A stretch of DNA of 64,000 nucleotides. Origin: Rhynchopus sp. YZ270_cl-10. Its lineage: Eukaryota. Shown one piece after another: positions 21,887 to 35,794 of the stretch. The first letter of the stretch is position 1. The number at the start of each line of letters is the position of its first letter. The notes beneath the pieces are model-generated. The model was not told where the DNA came from and did not search any database. It worked only from the letters and a program-made list of their open reading frames with translations. The position numbers and the translations under genes are program-made. Location of the stretch: NCBI GenBank assembly GCA_964035575.1, contig OZ037841.1, positions 1 through 64,000 of the forward strand, written 5' to 3'.

Positions 21887-23714
21887 TCTAGTTATTACGG
21901 AATAGAGGGCTTGCTTTTGGCATCTCATCTTTCATGGCGGTTTGCTACTTCCGAGTGATTCTGATATGATACTCCAGTAGTATGGGGCCCAGAAACGACA
22001 GCCCCGACCGGGGGCCTCAGTCCCCAGGATCTGGGAATATCTAAAATGTGTGCGGCATTTCACGGCTATTTTTGTGAGTAAAATTGCGATATTTTGTGTT
22101 TCTGAGGTACTGGGTGTATATGTTATAAAAATTTCAAAAAACGAGATAACCATGAAATATGGCCAGTATCCCCATAAAATGAGGCTATTGCGACCCTGGA
22201 GGCCCACTTTTGACACTTAGGGCCAAATTTAGGTGTGTAAGAGTATCGGCTTGAAAATATTTTTTTTCGTGATTTTTGGGGTCATTTTCTGGCTGGGAAA
22301 ATTGGGCCACATATAACTACAACTGCTCAAAAGGTCAAATCAGTGGCTTTAAATGACTCATTGGGCATTTTTATGACCTGGACATGGGGGTCAGATTCCA
22401 TTTTTAACATGATTAAAATTGGTCACAAGACCCTGAGAGAAAACCCAAGGTCAAATTGACCTTGAGTACCAGGTCAAATTTGTGTGGAAAAATTTTTCAG
22501 TACCTAATTTCTGATGCTCAAAAGTACAAAATTCCTTCGGGAATGGCTTCATAGGACATTTCCATAACCTGGACATGGGGGTCAGACTCCACTTTTGACC
22601 ACCTAAAATTTGGTCATACACATGTATGAGACCCAAAAACCAGGATTTTTGACCAAAAAAAATTTTCCCACCAATTTTTGCCTACAAAAAATCGAAAAAA
22701 AAAATTTTTGATTTTGGCTCTCCGGAGTCTGTGCGTGCTGTGGTGGGGTCAATTTGCGCTGAGAAATGGGTATTTTTGACCTAAAATGCATGTATCAGTT
22801 TTTACATGATTTTTGGTGTTTTTGGGTTTTGTGTGGGTTTTTTGGTCAGTACCTAATTTCTGATGCTCAAAAGTACAAAATTCCTTCGGCAATGGCTTCA
22901 TAGGACATTTCCATAACCTGGACATGGGGGTCAGACTCCACTTTTGACCACCTGAAATTTGGTCATACACATGTATGAGACCCAAAAACCAGGATTTTTG
23001 ACCAAAAAAAATTTTCCCACCAATTTTTGCCTACAAAAAATCGAAAAAAAAAAATTTTGATTTTGGCTCTCCGGAGTCTGTGCGTGCAGTGATGGGGTCA
23101 ATTTGCGCTGAGAAATGGGTATTTTTGACCTAAAATGCATGTATCAGTTTTTACATGTTTTTTGGTTTTTGTGTAAGTTCCTGTAGGACAGTTGGGTTGA
23201 TTGGTAAGTAATTTACAACTGGAAAACTAGGTGGATCGATTCTTTTGTGCGTTTTTACTACAGAAATATTCTGTTTTCCCTTTTTTTCTTTTTTTGATCT
23301 TTATTTTTGTGGCATGACAATACTCTCACCGGCCAAAGTGAGCGCCTTCTTCAAGGTGTAGTCTTTCTTTTGTTTAAGCTATGTTTTAACCTATTTCCTT
23401 ATTTTTTTCAATCCAAGACAAAAATACTTCTTCATCACAAGAGATTACCTCCGGCTGGGAAGAAAAAAACAACAAAACTGCTGATGAAACCGGTAACCTG
23501 AAACCGGTCAAAAAGTATCTGACAATTTCCAAACTAATTGATTTTTTTTAAACTAAACAAACTCCACAGAAACAGTTTGATTTATCCATCACAAGATATA
23601 GTCAAAACTCCAATTAATAACTTATGATAACCTTTTTTTCTTTTTTTATGCAATCAACAAAATCCCAAAAATACAACAATATAAAAAAAGCAACACACAA
23701 AATATTCACAATTT

Positions 23715-26700
23715 TTAAATAATTTGAAAGTCAGAAAAAATCTTTGATGGAAATGTTGGAGACAATAGGGCTTTTTTGTGTGCTTTCAATATATTTCCAT
23801 CAGTTCCCGTACCAATGTTAAAATGGTCAGGATAAAAAGTTTGCACTAACAGCAGTCTATTTTGTGGTGGTATTTTTTCGAGAATCTCTTCAGGAGAAAG
23901 ATCCTTTGGCAAAAAATGAAAACAAGAGTAGCCATCATTTTCAAATGTTCTAGAAGTTACAACAGTGATGAGAACATGATGCATAACTGACATTAATGCT
24001 ATCTCAGTGTCCTGTGCATATTTGTCAGCTGCCCTAAGCTGAACACGGCTGAGTATGATATCAAAGCTTCTGTTGTTTTATGATAGTGGTTAGTATGAAG
24101 TCAAGCAGTTACAAGAAGTACATACGTATTTTTGTCTCCACTTATGAGGGGATGCTCCCTGAACAGAATCTCATTTTCTTCTAAGAATGCTCCAAAGGTT
24201 CTACGAAGACTGAACCCATCATCTACTTTCCCAGTGAGAAGCTGCTGCACTGCATGATAGAAACAAGTTCCATCACCTCGAACATTTATTAGTTGCAGAT
24301 CACATATCGACAGAACATCCTGCAGATTGTAATATCCATCTGGTATGGAATTTGATCTTCCCCTGTTGTTTAATTATGATTAAATCATAGACAAATGATC
24401 ACATACATATATTTTTCAGAAACTGTTGTTGACATTTGCAAAGCTTTTGAAAGTTTCTTGCTGTTGTCGATTGTCTTCTCCCTGTACATTATTTTTATGT
24501 AAATTATGCACCAATATTTTCCAACATACCTGTCATCCTCTGGATACTTAAACGGATGGTAATCTTCTCTGAAGTTTTCATTTTCATATGTTACTTCTGC
24601 AAGAAGCCTCCCACAAGCAGGATTGCAGGCTTCATATTCATCATCATCAATAGGGCTCTCTCCATCAGCAGATGTTTGCAGGTTTTTGGGTTTGCGTATC
24701 ACAGACGGGTCTTCTGTTGGGTTTGCTGCAATATCATGTAGGCTTTTTGCATAGTCTGCTTCTGTGAGCCTCAGGTCACGCTTAAGCTGCTTCCTCCTTT
24801 CCGCACTGAGATTCATTTTGATTCCCCCAACAGACTCCTCAACTGCAGATATGACCTCCTGGTGGACGCAGTTGTAGAGATATGTGTCACCTCTAGGTGG
24901 AAGACAAATCTTGATGTCGGTCCTGCTGCACACCCTTGACATTGCAACGTACAGATGGCCATGAGAAAAGCAGGGCGACTGTGACACATCAAGGCCCACC
25001 CTACGGAGCGTTTGCCCCTGCGATTTATTAATAGTCATTGCAAAGGAGAGTCTTACAGGAAACTGCTGACGCGTAAAATCAATCGTTAAATCCTTCGCGT
25101 CACCGTCGCAGGGAAGCCTAGGGATGGCAACTGGATGTGGTCTATCTGACCCGTTATTCTTTTTCCACTCGCATTCTTCTGTCAGGTTGGTGCAGACAAG
25201 GATGTTCTTCTTCACCTCCTTCACAACAAGGCGCGTCCCATTGCAGAGTCCTCCTGCTGGGTCTAGGTTCTTTAGAAGCATCACTATGCAGTTCACCTTC
25301 AAGTTTAGAGCGTGTGGAGGAAGACGCGGATGGTCCATTTTATTTAGGGCCTCTGTGGAGAAGAACTCGGCTGCGGTGGGATCCTTGCACGTGTCCTCTG
25401 ACAGGCTGGTGATTGTATTCCCGGGGAATCTGCTGAGAATTTTTTCGTTCATAAACACCTGGCGTTCGTTTGTTGGGCACAACAGCGCACAATTCTCATA
25501 ATGTCCCTCACTGATGCCTGGAAAGGTAAAAGAAATCAGACTCTCCTCGGTCACCTTTTGGTTGTTTCTGTCGTAGATTAGAGCACGTGGAACCTGCAGA
25601 ACTGCTGTTGTATCTCCTCCATCTTCAGTAGTACCTCCTTCAACGCACCCATCTTCATTAATGGATCCGTCTCCCACCTTCATCAAATACTCCCTGAAAG
25701 CATCATCATTCTTCACCCTCATGACCTGTGTGAGGGACATTTTCAGCAGGTCATTCCAAAGGTACGAGTTGTTTAGGGAAATCGCAATACTCTCATAGCT
25801 GGCTTTGTTTTTTCCTGGGACAGGAAGAATCTGTCGGAAGTCTCCTCCAAGCAAAACAGTAACACCTCCAAAAGGTTTCTGACATTCCCTCACCTTGCGC
25901 AGTGTTCTGTCAACTACCTCGATCACAGACTTCTGCGCCATAACAACCTCATCCCAGACAATGAGGTCTGTGCGCTTAAGAAGTTCTACATGATCACTAT
26001 CAAGAGGGCAAAGCTTCTTTGCGTTTGATTCAAGATCTATGGGTATCTTGAACCGGCTGTGGGCGGTCCTGCCTCCTGGGAGAAGTGTCGCTGCTATTCC
26101 TGACGTTGCCACAGCAATCGCAAATCTGTCCTCCAGTTGTTGTGGAAGCGGCTGCTGTTGTTGTTGTTCTTGCTCTGCCCTTGCCCTTCTGCTCCTGGCC
26201 CAGTAAAGACATGCCTGGTATAGGAAGGTCTTTCCTGTCCCTGCAGCACCCTGCAAAAATATTATCTTTCCCTGGCTGTCTTCCACAGAGGCCTTAACAG
26301 TGTTGAAGACCCTGTTTTGTCCGTCGTTGAGGTTGGGTGCAATGGCGTCAAACTTTTTAAGCATCTTCTCCTCATTGTACCTCTCAGTGTCAAGTACAAA
26401 CTCAGTTCTCTGCCCTGCAGTGCTTTCAGGAGGAGTAGGAAGACCAAGCTCTGCCATGGTTGCTTTTACGTTTGCTTCCTTCAGCAGCCGCTCCAGGTCC
26501 TTCAGGGCATCGCACTTCTCCTTGGGGTAGAGGTATCTTTCTCCCATTGTCTGCACCCGTTGAAGCCTTTCTCCTCTCTCCAGTGCTGGCACACACAGCT
26601 CATACTCATATTGGTCCCATGCTTTTTTCACGTCAGCTGCAGAAGCCATGTAATGAATAATGACCATGGCAAAGGTAAAACGTATCGCCCGTGAAGACAA

Positions 26701-29700
26701 CGTCGTCTGTTTGCACTCCTCCATCGAGTTCATGAGTATTTGCCCATCGTGGATCAACCCCAATTCGGCTGCAGCTTCAAAAAATGTGTCGTGAACCAAG
26801 CCTGAAGATTGTGATGTTCTCAGCTCTGCAAAGCTCACAGGCCCACACTTGCGCAGAAGAAGGAGGCGAAGGCAGTGTAGTTCCTTATCCTTCACAGGAA
26901 CCCAGTACATTCTCCCAATGGAGAGATGTTCTCCTTCATTTCTATGTGAGCAAGGTCCAGAGGTGTAGATGCGTTCTTCCTGATTCCACACAAATCCCGG
27001 CCTCAGCTTCCACTCCTTATCTTTTTTGGTGTACGAAAAAAACTCAGGAACGTCGTTGTAGAGCAGACTGTCAAATCCTTTGTAGGCGTCATGTCCTAGA
27101 ATTCCTTCGTTGTATTTCCTGCATCTCTCATTAGCTTCAAAAAAAGCAAGGAGGGTACTTTTTGATGTAACAGCCGCATCCCTTCTCCTTGACTCATCAC
27201 CAGCATTCTTGAGAGGGAAATAAACTCTCTGTTCGTCCTCAAGATGAATATGAAGCCTGATCACCCCTGGGTATATCCTCACCATTTTGGTAGAAATGAG
27301 GTATCCACATGCATCAGCAGCAGTCATACAATGCGCCTTCAGCCACCTGTGGATGTCTGGAGCCTTTTTTTTGGATGTTGGTGGTGAGATGTCTTTAGGT
27401 GCTTCCCCTGCAGTTGATTCTGTCTTCTTTGTCTCCTTATCTTCCTTGATCTCGCCCTCAACCTCCTTCTCCCCCTTGAACAAGTATTTGAAAAGGTATT
27501 TTGCAGCTAGAATCCCGCGCACTGCCTCAACATTTATGTGACATTGGTATCTCAGGAGAAGATAGGCATTGTATGGAACGACCCACCTGTTGCTCCTCTG
27601 ATTTGGATGTGTGGTTTCCCCTTTGTATTTGTCCTTCCATCTCTTCACAACGTCTGGATCCACGTATGACAGTCTTCCATCATCCCTTCTTCGGACGTCT
27701 GCATAGCCATCGCGTTGGATTCCTGTGCTGTGGCTGAAGTCCTTGGGGAAGTTGGACTTGCAGTGGCATTTGCCATCCTTCCCCCTCTGGAGGCAGGGTG
27801 AGGCTCTGTTCCTAAGGCAGTCAGTGTGCATGACGTACTCACTGACGGCTCTGTACAGCTTTGGATGGGTTTCATGGTTCGGAATCTCAGCATGCACCAC
27901 GTGGTCCACATTGAAAGGGTCCTTTGGTGACGTTTTTTTATTGTTCCACAATATCGCGTGGCAATGAGGGAGCCCCCTCTTCTGGTACTCTGTTACCATC
28001 ACCATTGCAATGTTCTCACCAAGAACATTTTTTTTGCGGATGTCATTCACAAGCTCCTTCACCTTGAGGTCGAATACTCTGTGAACCAGATCCGGTCTGT
28101 CAAGTGCTGTTTCATTTTGCAGAAGGTTCGACTGAATCTCCTCCCACATTGGGTTGCAGGTCATTGTTAGAAAGTAGTCGGCCTTGCCATACTTTGCGTA
28201 GATAGAAAGGGTATCATTCAGCAGCTGCGCACGCGCTGGCATTCCTCTCTCGAATGATGTCGGCATTGAGATCTCATTTGTTGGCGGAATCTGCTTCCCA
28301 GACACAATATCCTTTTTTTGTGCATACCCCATCCCCCTTCCAACAATGTGGTACTTCAGACGCTGATAAATGCTGCGCATTGCTAAGTCTATAAAAAATT
28401 GTTGTGTGAGAGTGCCTTGCATGAGAAGAGGGTTGTAGGAGAGCTCATCTTTGTCTTCGTTCGGGCGGTGATGCATCTGGTATGCGGCATACTGCTTTGC
28501 AGAAACGAATGTTGAAGAGGGTGTTGTGTCTTCAAGGTTATTAGCGTTTCTTAGAACCTCTAGCATTGCGTCCTGAGCGTTGTCTGCTTCTGCACCGTCG
28601 CATTCTTCTACAGTTTCTTCGTGCACGTCTTCGTCCATATTTTCGTCGTGTGCAGGTAGGGTTCTATTTTTTAAATCTTCTTTCTTCATGTCATCATCCT
28701 GCATGTTGTCGTCATTTTCTTCACCATTTGTATTATTTTCATTTCTGTTTTGGTTTGTAGAATCTGAATCTTCATCATCACTGTCAGCAGTTGCGGCAGC
28801 TGGAACTACAATTCTGTGAGGCATTTTGAGTCGGAATCCATCATGCTCGGTGGGATACAAAAATTGCAATGGGTATGCCAATAGCTCATAGAGCTGGTTA
28901 AAGTCATCGATGATGACTGGTGAGTTCCACTTGGCATCCTTCCCCCTGTTATTATCAGCTGACGTAAATAAGGGGTAGACTGTAAATCTGCGCTCTGCAG
29001 GTGCGTCTTCATTGATGGTGTAGAACAGCTTAACAGCCCCCTTTGCCTCATCGGTGGTGTATTCAGTGCCAGTCTTGCTTTTCAGCACTTCGTTGAAGTC
29101 GATTTTAAGCTTTTTCAGCTCATCCTCCTTCCCCTTATACTGCTGGGCAATTGTTTTAAATTGGGAAGCAAATGCATTGTTTCCCAGCAGAATATGACAT
29201 ATTTCAGCAAGTTGCCTCAGGTTTTCTGGGAGGATTTCACCAGTCATGCTTTTGTGGTTATTAGGATCAGCAAACCACGACTCTGCAACATCAGTGTCTG
29301 AAAAAGTGTACTTCTTCATTCCCCTCCCTTCTACTGACACTGCGGCTATTCCTGTATTTGGCACACGGCTGTCACGGCGCATTTTGCCCTCAACCATGGC
29401 GAAGTGCGCATTGAGAATCATTGCGAATTTTTTGTATTGTTTGTCCTTGAGGAGGGAAAGATGCTCTTCGTTGAGGATTTTGATCTGAGGCAGTGATACC
29501 TTCCCACCAGTGCAGCATATTCTTGATGTCTCTCCAGGAAAAAGCAACGCAGCACAATGCTTACACCGCCGATCCATCCTTCCACAGGAGTGTTTTTCTG
29601 TGTTGTCGTCAACCTCCTCCGGAAGCGCAGCCCCTTTGTGCTTATAGGTGAAAATATTCCTGATCCCCTTGCTTTGTAGCTTTTTGGATAGCTCATCTTT

Positions 29701-31078
29701 TTTCTGTTCCAGGATGCTGGAGAAGTTTTCCAAAAGGAAGCGTGATTCTTCAAGCAAAGCACCGGAAAGTTCTTCCACCTCTAAAGCAAGGTCCTGCTCA
29801 AAATTACAGTCGGAAAGTTCCTCCTCAAGCTCCTCCATCAGGCTTCAGGCTTCTAATTTGGCGTGCACTCCATATGGATCGTGCCTCCTCTGGACAACTT
29901 GGGTCAAACATCATATTCGAGTGTGGATCTACGTCCCTCAGTGCAGTAAAGCAAGCATCATTCTGAAGTAAATTCAGCTTTACCCGGACCTCCTCAAGCT
30001 CATCAAGGCTGGTGTAGATAGGGTCTCTATTTGTTCTTAGTGCCTTATACATTCTGATGTCCCACCTTTTCTTCATTATATACATGAAGCAGTCTTTGAA
30101 TGTGTATCCTTTGTCCTCTGGTGGTTCTGATCGCAGCAAATGCACATTCTTATGACACCACAGCAGAACAATTTGGAACTTTATCAGATTCTGCTGTGTG
30201 GCATAGTGAGGTCGTGCAGAAGTCTTCTGCCCAGAAACGCGAAACATTTCTGCTGTATGAAACGTCCAGGAGGATAATGGGCTGCCGTCCATGTGAAGAG
30301 CTCTTGGCAATTCTGCTGCTGTCAAACACAATGCAGCTGCAATTAAAGCGGACTCTGCAGGTGTAGAAGAATTCGTTTTGTGGTGCGGAAGTGCTAATGT
30401 AGCCTCATCTGCTTGGAGAAATATGTCGGACTTATAGCGGGACTTTCCGTTCAGAACTCTGAACCGGATGCAGAATGGTGTATGATTTTGGAGTGATCTC
30501 ATATCTGTAAATTGATAATAGCAATACTGGCATTGTGTTTTGCATGTAGCCTCATGTGCAGTAAGGTTTTTCACATCATCAAACTCTTCACCACAGTGCT
30601 GACAGCAGATCTTCCCTAAGCACATATGGTTTTCTTCACACTCCCGTCTACACAATATGCACACCTTCACACATTTTTCAAGGTGCTCATTTAGTTTCCA
30701 TACATTTTTGTACGAAGCATCACATTGCGAACATGTAAAACGGTTATTTTTTTTATCAGCTTCCATCTTGGGTTTCTTCTGGGGTGGGGCTGTCTGACAT
30801 TCTCCTGCACAGGTCTTTTGGTGTTTGTATCTAGCATTCTTAGACGGAAACCTCACTCGGCACTTTGGGCAAGTTTCTTTGCACTTCTTTGTCTGTTTGT
30901 GATTCTTGCTCTGCTTTTCATGTGTAAAGTATGAGCCACAATGGTCGCACATAAATCCCTCATCATCTCTCTTTCGTTTTGGGGAAGTGTTTCCCTCTTC
31001 AGCTTCTGTTGTCTTTGTATTAGCCTTCTTCTTAGTGTGCCCATCATCAGATCTTTCCTCGCTTCGTTGTCTTTTCAT
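23715..31078 (-). CDS. ZnF-RepHel-OTU transposase, family B, with one frameshift at ~29839-29852; introns 24482-24529, 24363-24406, 24070-24125
   Basis: ORFs 29825-31078 and 24385-29838 together are colinear with the single family A ORF. All Rep and helicase motifs are intact, and three GTATGT..CAG introns splice in frame to the OTU domain. Confidence 0.88.
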
Positions 31079-31403
31079 TTTTTTTGCAAAAAGTAAAGTA
31101 CCCAGACCACTGTTATGTGAGTTTTGAATAGTTGTGATAAATTGCTAGAAATTGTATTGTAGAAAATATAAAATGGTGGGTGGGAGAAAGTTTTGCGTTT
31201 TCAAGAAGGAAAATAAAAAAGTCTCACAACTAAGTTTTCAAAAAAAAATAATTAAAAAATGATCTTGAAAATTTTGACAAAATTAAAACCAATCTGCATG
31301 TGCATATAAAAAAGGGGAACCCATATTTTTGCGCAGGAAGAAGTAATTTGCACATTCTCTGCGATAAGAAATACCCCCAAACGAAAAAAAAATAAATTAT
31401 TCT

Positions 31404-31968
31404 CTAATGATGTGCTTTATTGTGCTGGAAAAGAGCACCTTTGTGTTGAAATTCCCTTCCCCTCCAAGTACTAGAGCATTCGTGAGCATAACACGTCTTT
31501 TCCATTTTTTCGTCTTCTGCTGCTTCGCGCTTTCTCTTTCTGTCTAGCTCCTGTTGAGTTTCAGTTGTTGAAAGTGATACTTGAAAAGTTGATACATACC
31601 TTTTTCATGTCCTGACACAGAAGGAACACTTCGTTCAGCTGTTTCTTGAGATCTGAGACAGTCTGTTTCACCTCTTTCAGCTCTTCAGTCACTGAGGAAA
31701 AGCTTTCTGCAGAAACAGGAATTTCCAATGCTGCGGCCTGTTCTGACGGAAGCACAGATTCCTTCTGAGTTTGCTCCTCTGTTTTAACGCCTTGCTCCTG
31801 TACCTTCGTTAGTACTGTCTCCTTCTTCTGGGAGCACACTGGAATTGGTGGCAATTCCTCACTCTCATGAGGAGCTTGATCCTGCACATTGAACACCGGC
31901 AACATGCTTGGTGCATCTTTCTTCTGCACAAAGGGCACTGGCTTCCGCTTAATCTTCATGGTGTTCAT
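31404..31968 (-). CDS. Accessory coiled-coil/C2H2-ZnF protein, copy 2 (intron 31551-31599)
   Basis: Matches 16893-17457. Confidence 0.75.
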
Positions 31969-32179
31969 AGTTTTTTGAGAAATAGTTCACCTGTTTTTGG
32001 TGTGTGAGTACACAAATGCTATGAAAAGAGAAATGAGGGGTGAGCCAAGTTCAATTCATTTTTCTATTCAATTTTTTCGGCTTTCACATTTGTAAAAATG
32101 CAAAACCTTCATACAATAAAAAAAAAATTCTGTTCACAACCACACCAGCCTCCTACATTTTAGCGAGCTTTCTTCTAGT

Positions 32180-32226
32180 GCGGGTTTGCGGGTTTGCGGG
32201 TTTGCGGGTTTGCGGGTTTGCGGGTT
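32180..32226. repeat. (GCGGGTTT)6 junction tract
   Basis: Read directly, between two CTAG termini. Confidence 0.97.
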
Positions 32227-34484
32227 TCTAGTTATTACGGAATAGAGGGCTTGCTTTTGGCATCTCATCTTTCATGGCGGTTTGCTACTTCCGAGTGATT
32301 CTGATATGATACTCCAGTAGTATGGGGCCCAGAAACGACAGCCCCGACCGGGGGCCTCAGTCCCCAGGATCTGGGAATATCTAAAATGTGTGCGGCATTT
32401 CACGGCTATTTTTGTGAGTAAAATTGCGATATTTTGTGTTTCTGAGGTACTGGGTGTATATGTTATAAAAATTTCAAAAAACGAGATAACCATGAAATAT
32501 GGCCAGTATCCCCATAAAATGAGGCTATTGCGACCCTGGAGGCCCACTTTTGACACTTAGGGCCAAATTTAGGTGTGTAAGAGTATCGGCTTGAAAATAT
32601 TTTTTTTCGTGATTTTTGGGGTCATTTTCTGGCTGGGAAAATTGGGCCACATATAACTACAACTGCTCAAAAGGTCAAATCAGTGGCTTTAAATGACTCA
32701 TTGGGCATTTTTATGACCTGGACATGGGGGTCAGATTCCATTTTTAACATGATTAAAATTGGTCACAAGACCCTGAGAGAAAACCCAAGGTCAAATTGAC
32801 CTTGAGTACCAGGTCAAATTTGTGTGGAAAAATTTTTCAGTACCTAATTTCTGATGCTCAAAAGTACAAAATTCCTTCGGGAATGGCTTCATAGGACATT
32901 TCCATAACCTGGACATGGGGGTCAGACTCCACTTTTGACCACCTAAAATTTGGTCATACACATGTATGAGACCCAAAAACCAGGATTTGACCAAAAAAAA
33001 TTTTCCCACCAATTTTTGCCTACAAAAAATCGAAAAAAAAAAATTTTGATTTTGGCTCTCCGGAGTCTGTGCGTGCAGTGATGGGGTCAATTTGCGCTGA
33101 GAAATGGGTATTTTTGACCTAAAATGCATGTATCAGTTTTTACATGTTTTTTGGTTTTTGTGTAAGTTCCTGTAGGACAGTTGGGTTGATTGGTAAGTAA
33201 TTTACAACTGGAAAACTAGGTGGATCGATTCTTTTGTGCGTTTTTACTACAGAAATATTCTGTTTTCCCTTTTTTTCTTTTTTTGATCTTTATTTTTGTG
33301 GCATGACAATACTCTCACCGGCCAAAGTGAGCGCCTTCTTCAAGGTGTAGTCTTTCTTTTGTTTAAGCTATGTTTTAACCTATTTCCTTATTTTTTTCAA
33401 TCCAAGACAAAAATACTTCTTCATCACAAGAGATTACCTCCGGCTGGGAAGAAAAAAACAACAAAACTGCTGATGAAACCGGTAACCTGAAACCGGTCAA
33501 AAAGTATCTGACAATTTCCAAACTAATTGATTTTTTTTAAACTAAACAAACTCCACAAAAACAGTTTGATTTATCCATCACAAGATATAGTCAAAACTCC
33601 AATTAATAACTTATGATAACCTTTTTTTCTTTTTTTATGCAATCAACAAAATCCCAAAAATACAACAATATAAAAAAAGCAACACACAAAATATTCACAA
33701 TTTTTAAATAATTTGAAAGTCAGAAAAAATCTTTGATGGAAATGTTGGAGACAATAGGGCTTTTTTGTGTGCTTTCAATATATTTCCATCAGTTCCCGTA
33801 CCAATGTTAAAATGGTCAGGATAAAAAGTTTGCACTAACAGCAGTCTATTTTGTGGTGGTATTTTTTCGAGAATCTCTTCAGGAGAAAGATCCTTTGGCA
33901 AAAAATGAAAACAAGAGTAGCCATCATTTTCAAATGTTCTAGAAGTTACAACAGTGATGAGAACATGATGCATAACTGACATTAATGCTATCTCAGTGTC
34001 CTGTGCATATTTGTCAGCTGCCCTAAGCTGAACACGGCTGAGTATGATATCAAAGCTTCTGTTGTTTTATGATAGTGGTTAGTATGAAGTCAAGCAGTTA
34101 CAAGAAGTACATACGTATTTTTGTCTCCACTTATGAGGGGATGCTCCCTGAACAGAATCTCATTTTCTTCTAAGAATGCTCCAAAGGTTCTACGAAGACT
34201 GAACCCATCATCTACTTTCCCAGTGAGAAGCTGCTGCACTGCATGATAGAAACAAGTTCCATCACCTCGAACATTTATTAGTTGCAGATCACATATCGAC
34301 AGAACATCCTGCAGATTGTAATATCCATCATTTTTCTGATAATCTTTTACTGTATCAGTCATGTCAGCAGCATGTATCAATAATTCGCGGCGTAGCAACG
34401 TGCCTCAAAACTACATCCTCCCTCATTTTTTCGACTTTTCCGTGTCATTTCAGGTTTTCTATGAATGAATAGGCACATCATTTC
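32227..34484. mobile_element. Second OTU-only family B derivative, right end truncated
   Basis: Matches 19508-21767, then breaks at 34484/34485 into GC-rich foreign sequence. Confidence 0.85.
33704..34362 (-). CDS. Stand-alone OTU-like cysteine protease, copy 2 (intron 34059-34114)
   Basis: Same translation as 20987-21645. Confidence 0.65.
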
Positions 34485-34916
34485 ACGCACCGGACACGGA
34501 CAGAGCGAGGGGGCAAGGACCAGGAGCGACGTTTGACGAGCACCTGGGGGAAGGACTTGGAGGCTTGGAAGGCTGGCCAGTATGTCGCCCTGTGGGAGCA
34601 AACGGTAGAGGAGCGGAAGCCAAGGCCCTCTGGGTGGTCGGATGAAGACACTGACGAAGGGAGACGGAAGCGCACCATAGCCAAAGCGAGAGCAGGACTC
34701 CCGAGCCAGGCCATGTCATGCGCTACCAGCGACGGCCTCGCCCCACAGACACCGGCGACGCTGGAAAAGCTTCAGACGAAGCACCCAGCCGCAGCTGATG
34801 CCAAGGCCCTGGAGCAGGCGGATTGGCCACAGCCTCAGGAGGTCCCACCGGTGACAGTGGTGGAGGTGATGAAGGCCCTGCGGAGCATGCCGAAGTCATC
34901 GGCGGCGGGTCCCTCG
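34485..34916 (+). pseudogene. Fragment of a non-LTR retrotransposon ORF (region just N-terminal to the RT, CRE/R2-like)
   Basis: GC-rich island. The open frame reads RGGK...WKAGQYVALW...GLPSQAM...SDGLAPQTPATLEKLQTKHP...VMKALRSMPKSSAAGPS, matching my recollection of the KHP / SAAGPSG (RT motif 0) signature of restriction-endonuclease-type LINEs. Truncated at both ends. Confidence 0.65.
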
Positions 34917-35794
34917 AACGGACTAATACCTAATATGACCCTGGGTATAGCGTACCGTCTCAGAAACACCCCAAAATCAGTGTTTTTGAAGGGTTGTCAC
35001 AGCTAAAATCGATGAAAAAGTGTCAAAATCACTTTCCCGTGACCCAATAGCGTGAAATATGACCCATGTGGGCCCCCAGGACCTATAACACCCCCAATCG
35101 GTCGATTCCATGCACATTTCACACCCCCAGATACATGCGCCCATAGGGTGACACACCCCAAAATCATGATTTTTTCATGATTTTTGGCCGGATGCACTGA
35201 CCAGCAGGGCCATACCGTCTACCGGGGCAACCATATTTTTGAAAAATCGGCCTTGCATAGGGCCCAGTATGTCCCACAGGGTATATTGCCCCAGTATCAG
35301 GTCCCCGCACAAGCCAAACCAATATTTTAAAATCGATTTTTTTGAAAAAAATATTTTTCAAAAAAAATCGTGATTTTTGGGATTTTGGTGATTCTTACAG
35401 TTTTGCACACCCTGAAAATCGATTTTTTCGGCTCCGCCGGTGAAATATCGACATAATTTAGGTATGTTATGTGCATAATATACCCATTAGAGCCCATTCA
35501 AGTCACATTCCGACCATTTTTCGTGAAAAAATGCAACTTTTTGTCACCGTGACCCCCAAAAATGACGATTTTTTGGTCGATTTTTTCGGCCAAAAATTTC
35601 GTACCACAGGGCCATACCATATACTGGGATTATCAACTTTTTGAAAATACGGCCTGGTATTCGGGTGTATATGTCCCGTGGGGCCCATAGTAACCTTACT
35701 GGGTCATGCCCAAAGCCAATCTTAATAGTAAAATTCGATTTTCTGTGAAAAATATTTTCACCAAAAAATCGACTTTTTTCAAAATATTTCTCAG

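Larger units (their letters stand above)
21887..32178 (-). mobile_element. Helitron family B, full-length (~10.3 kb)
   Basis: Both termini, 2 x 349-bp repeat, RepHel-OTU gene and accessory ZnF gene, flanked by GCGGGTTT tracts. Confidence 0.93.
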
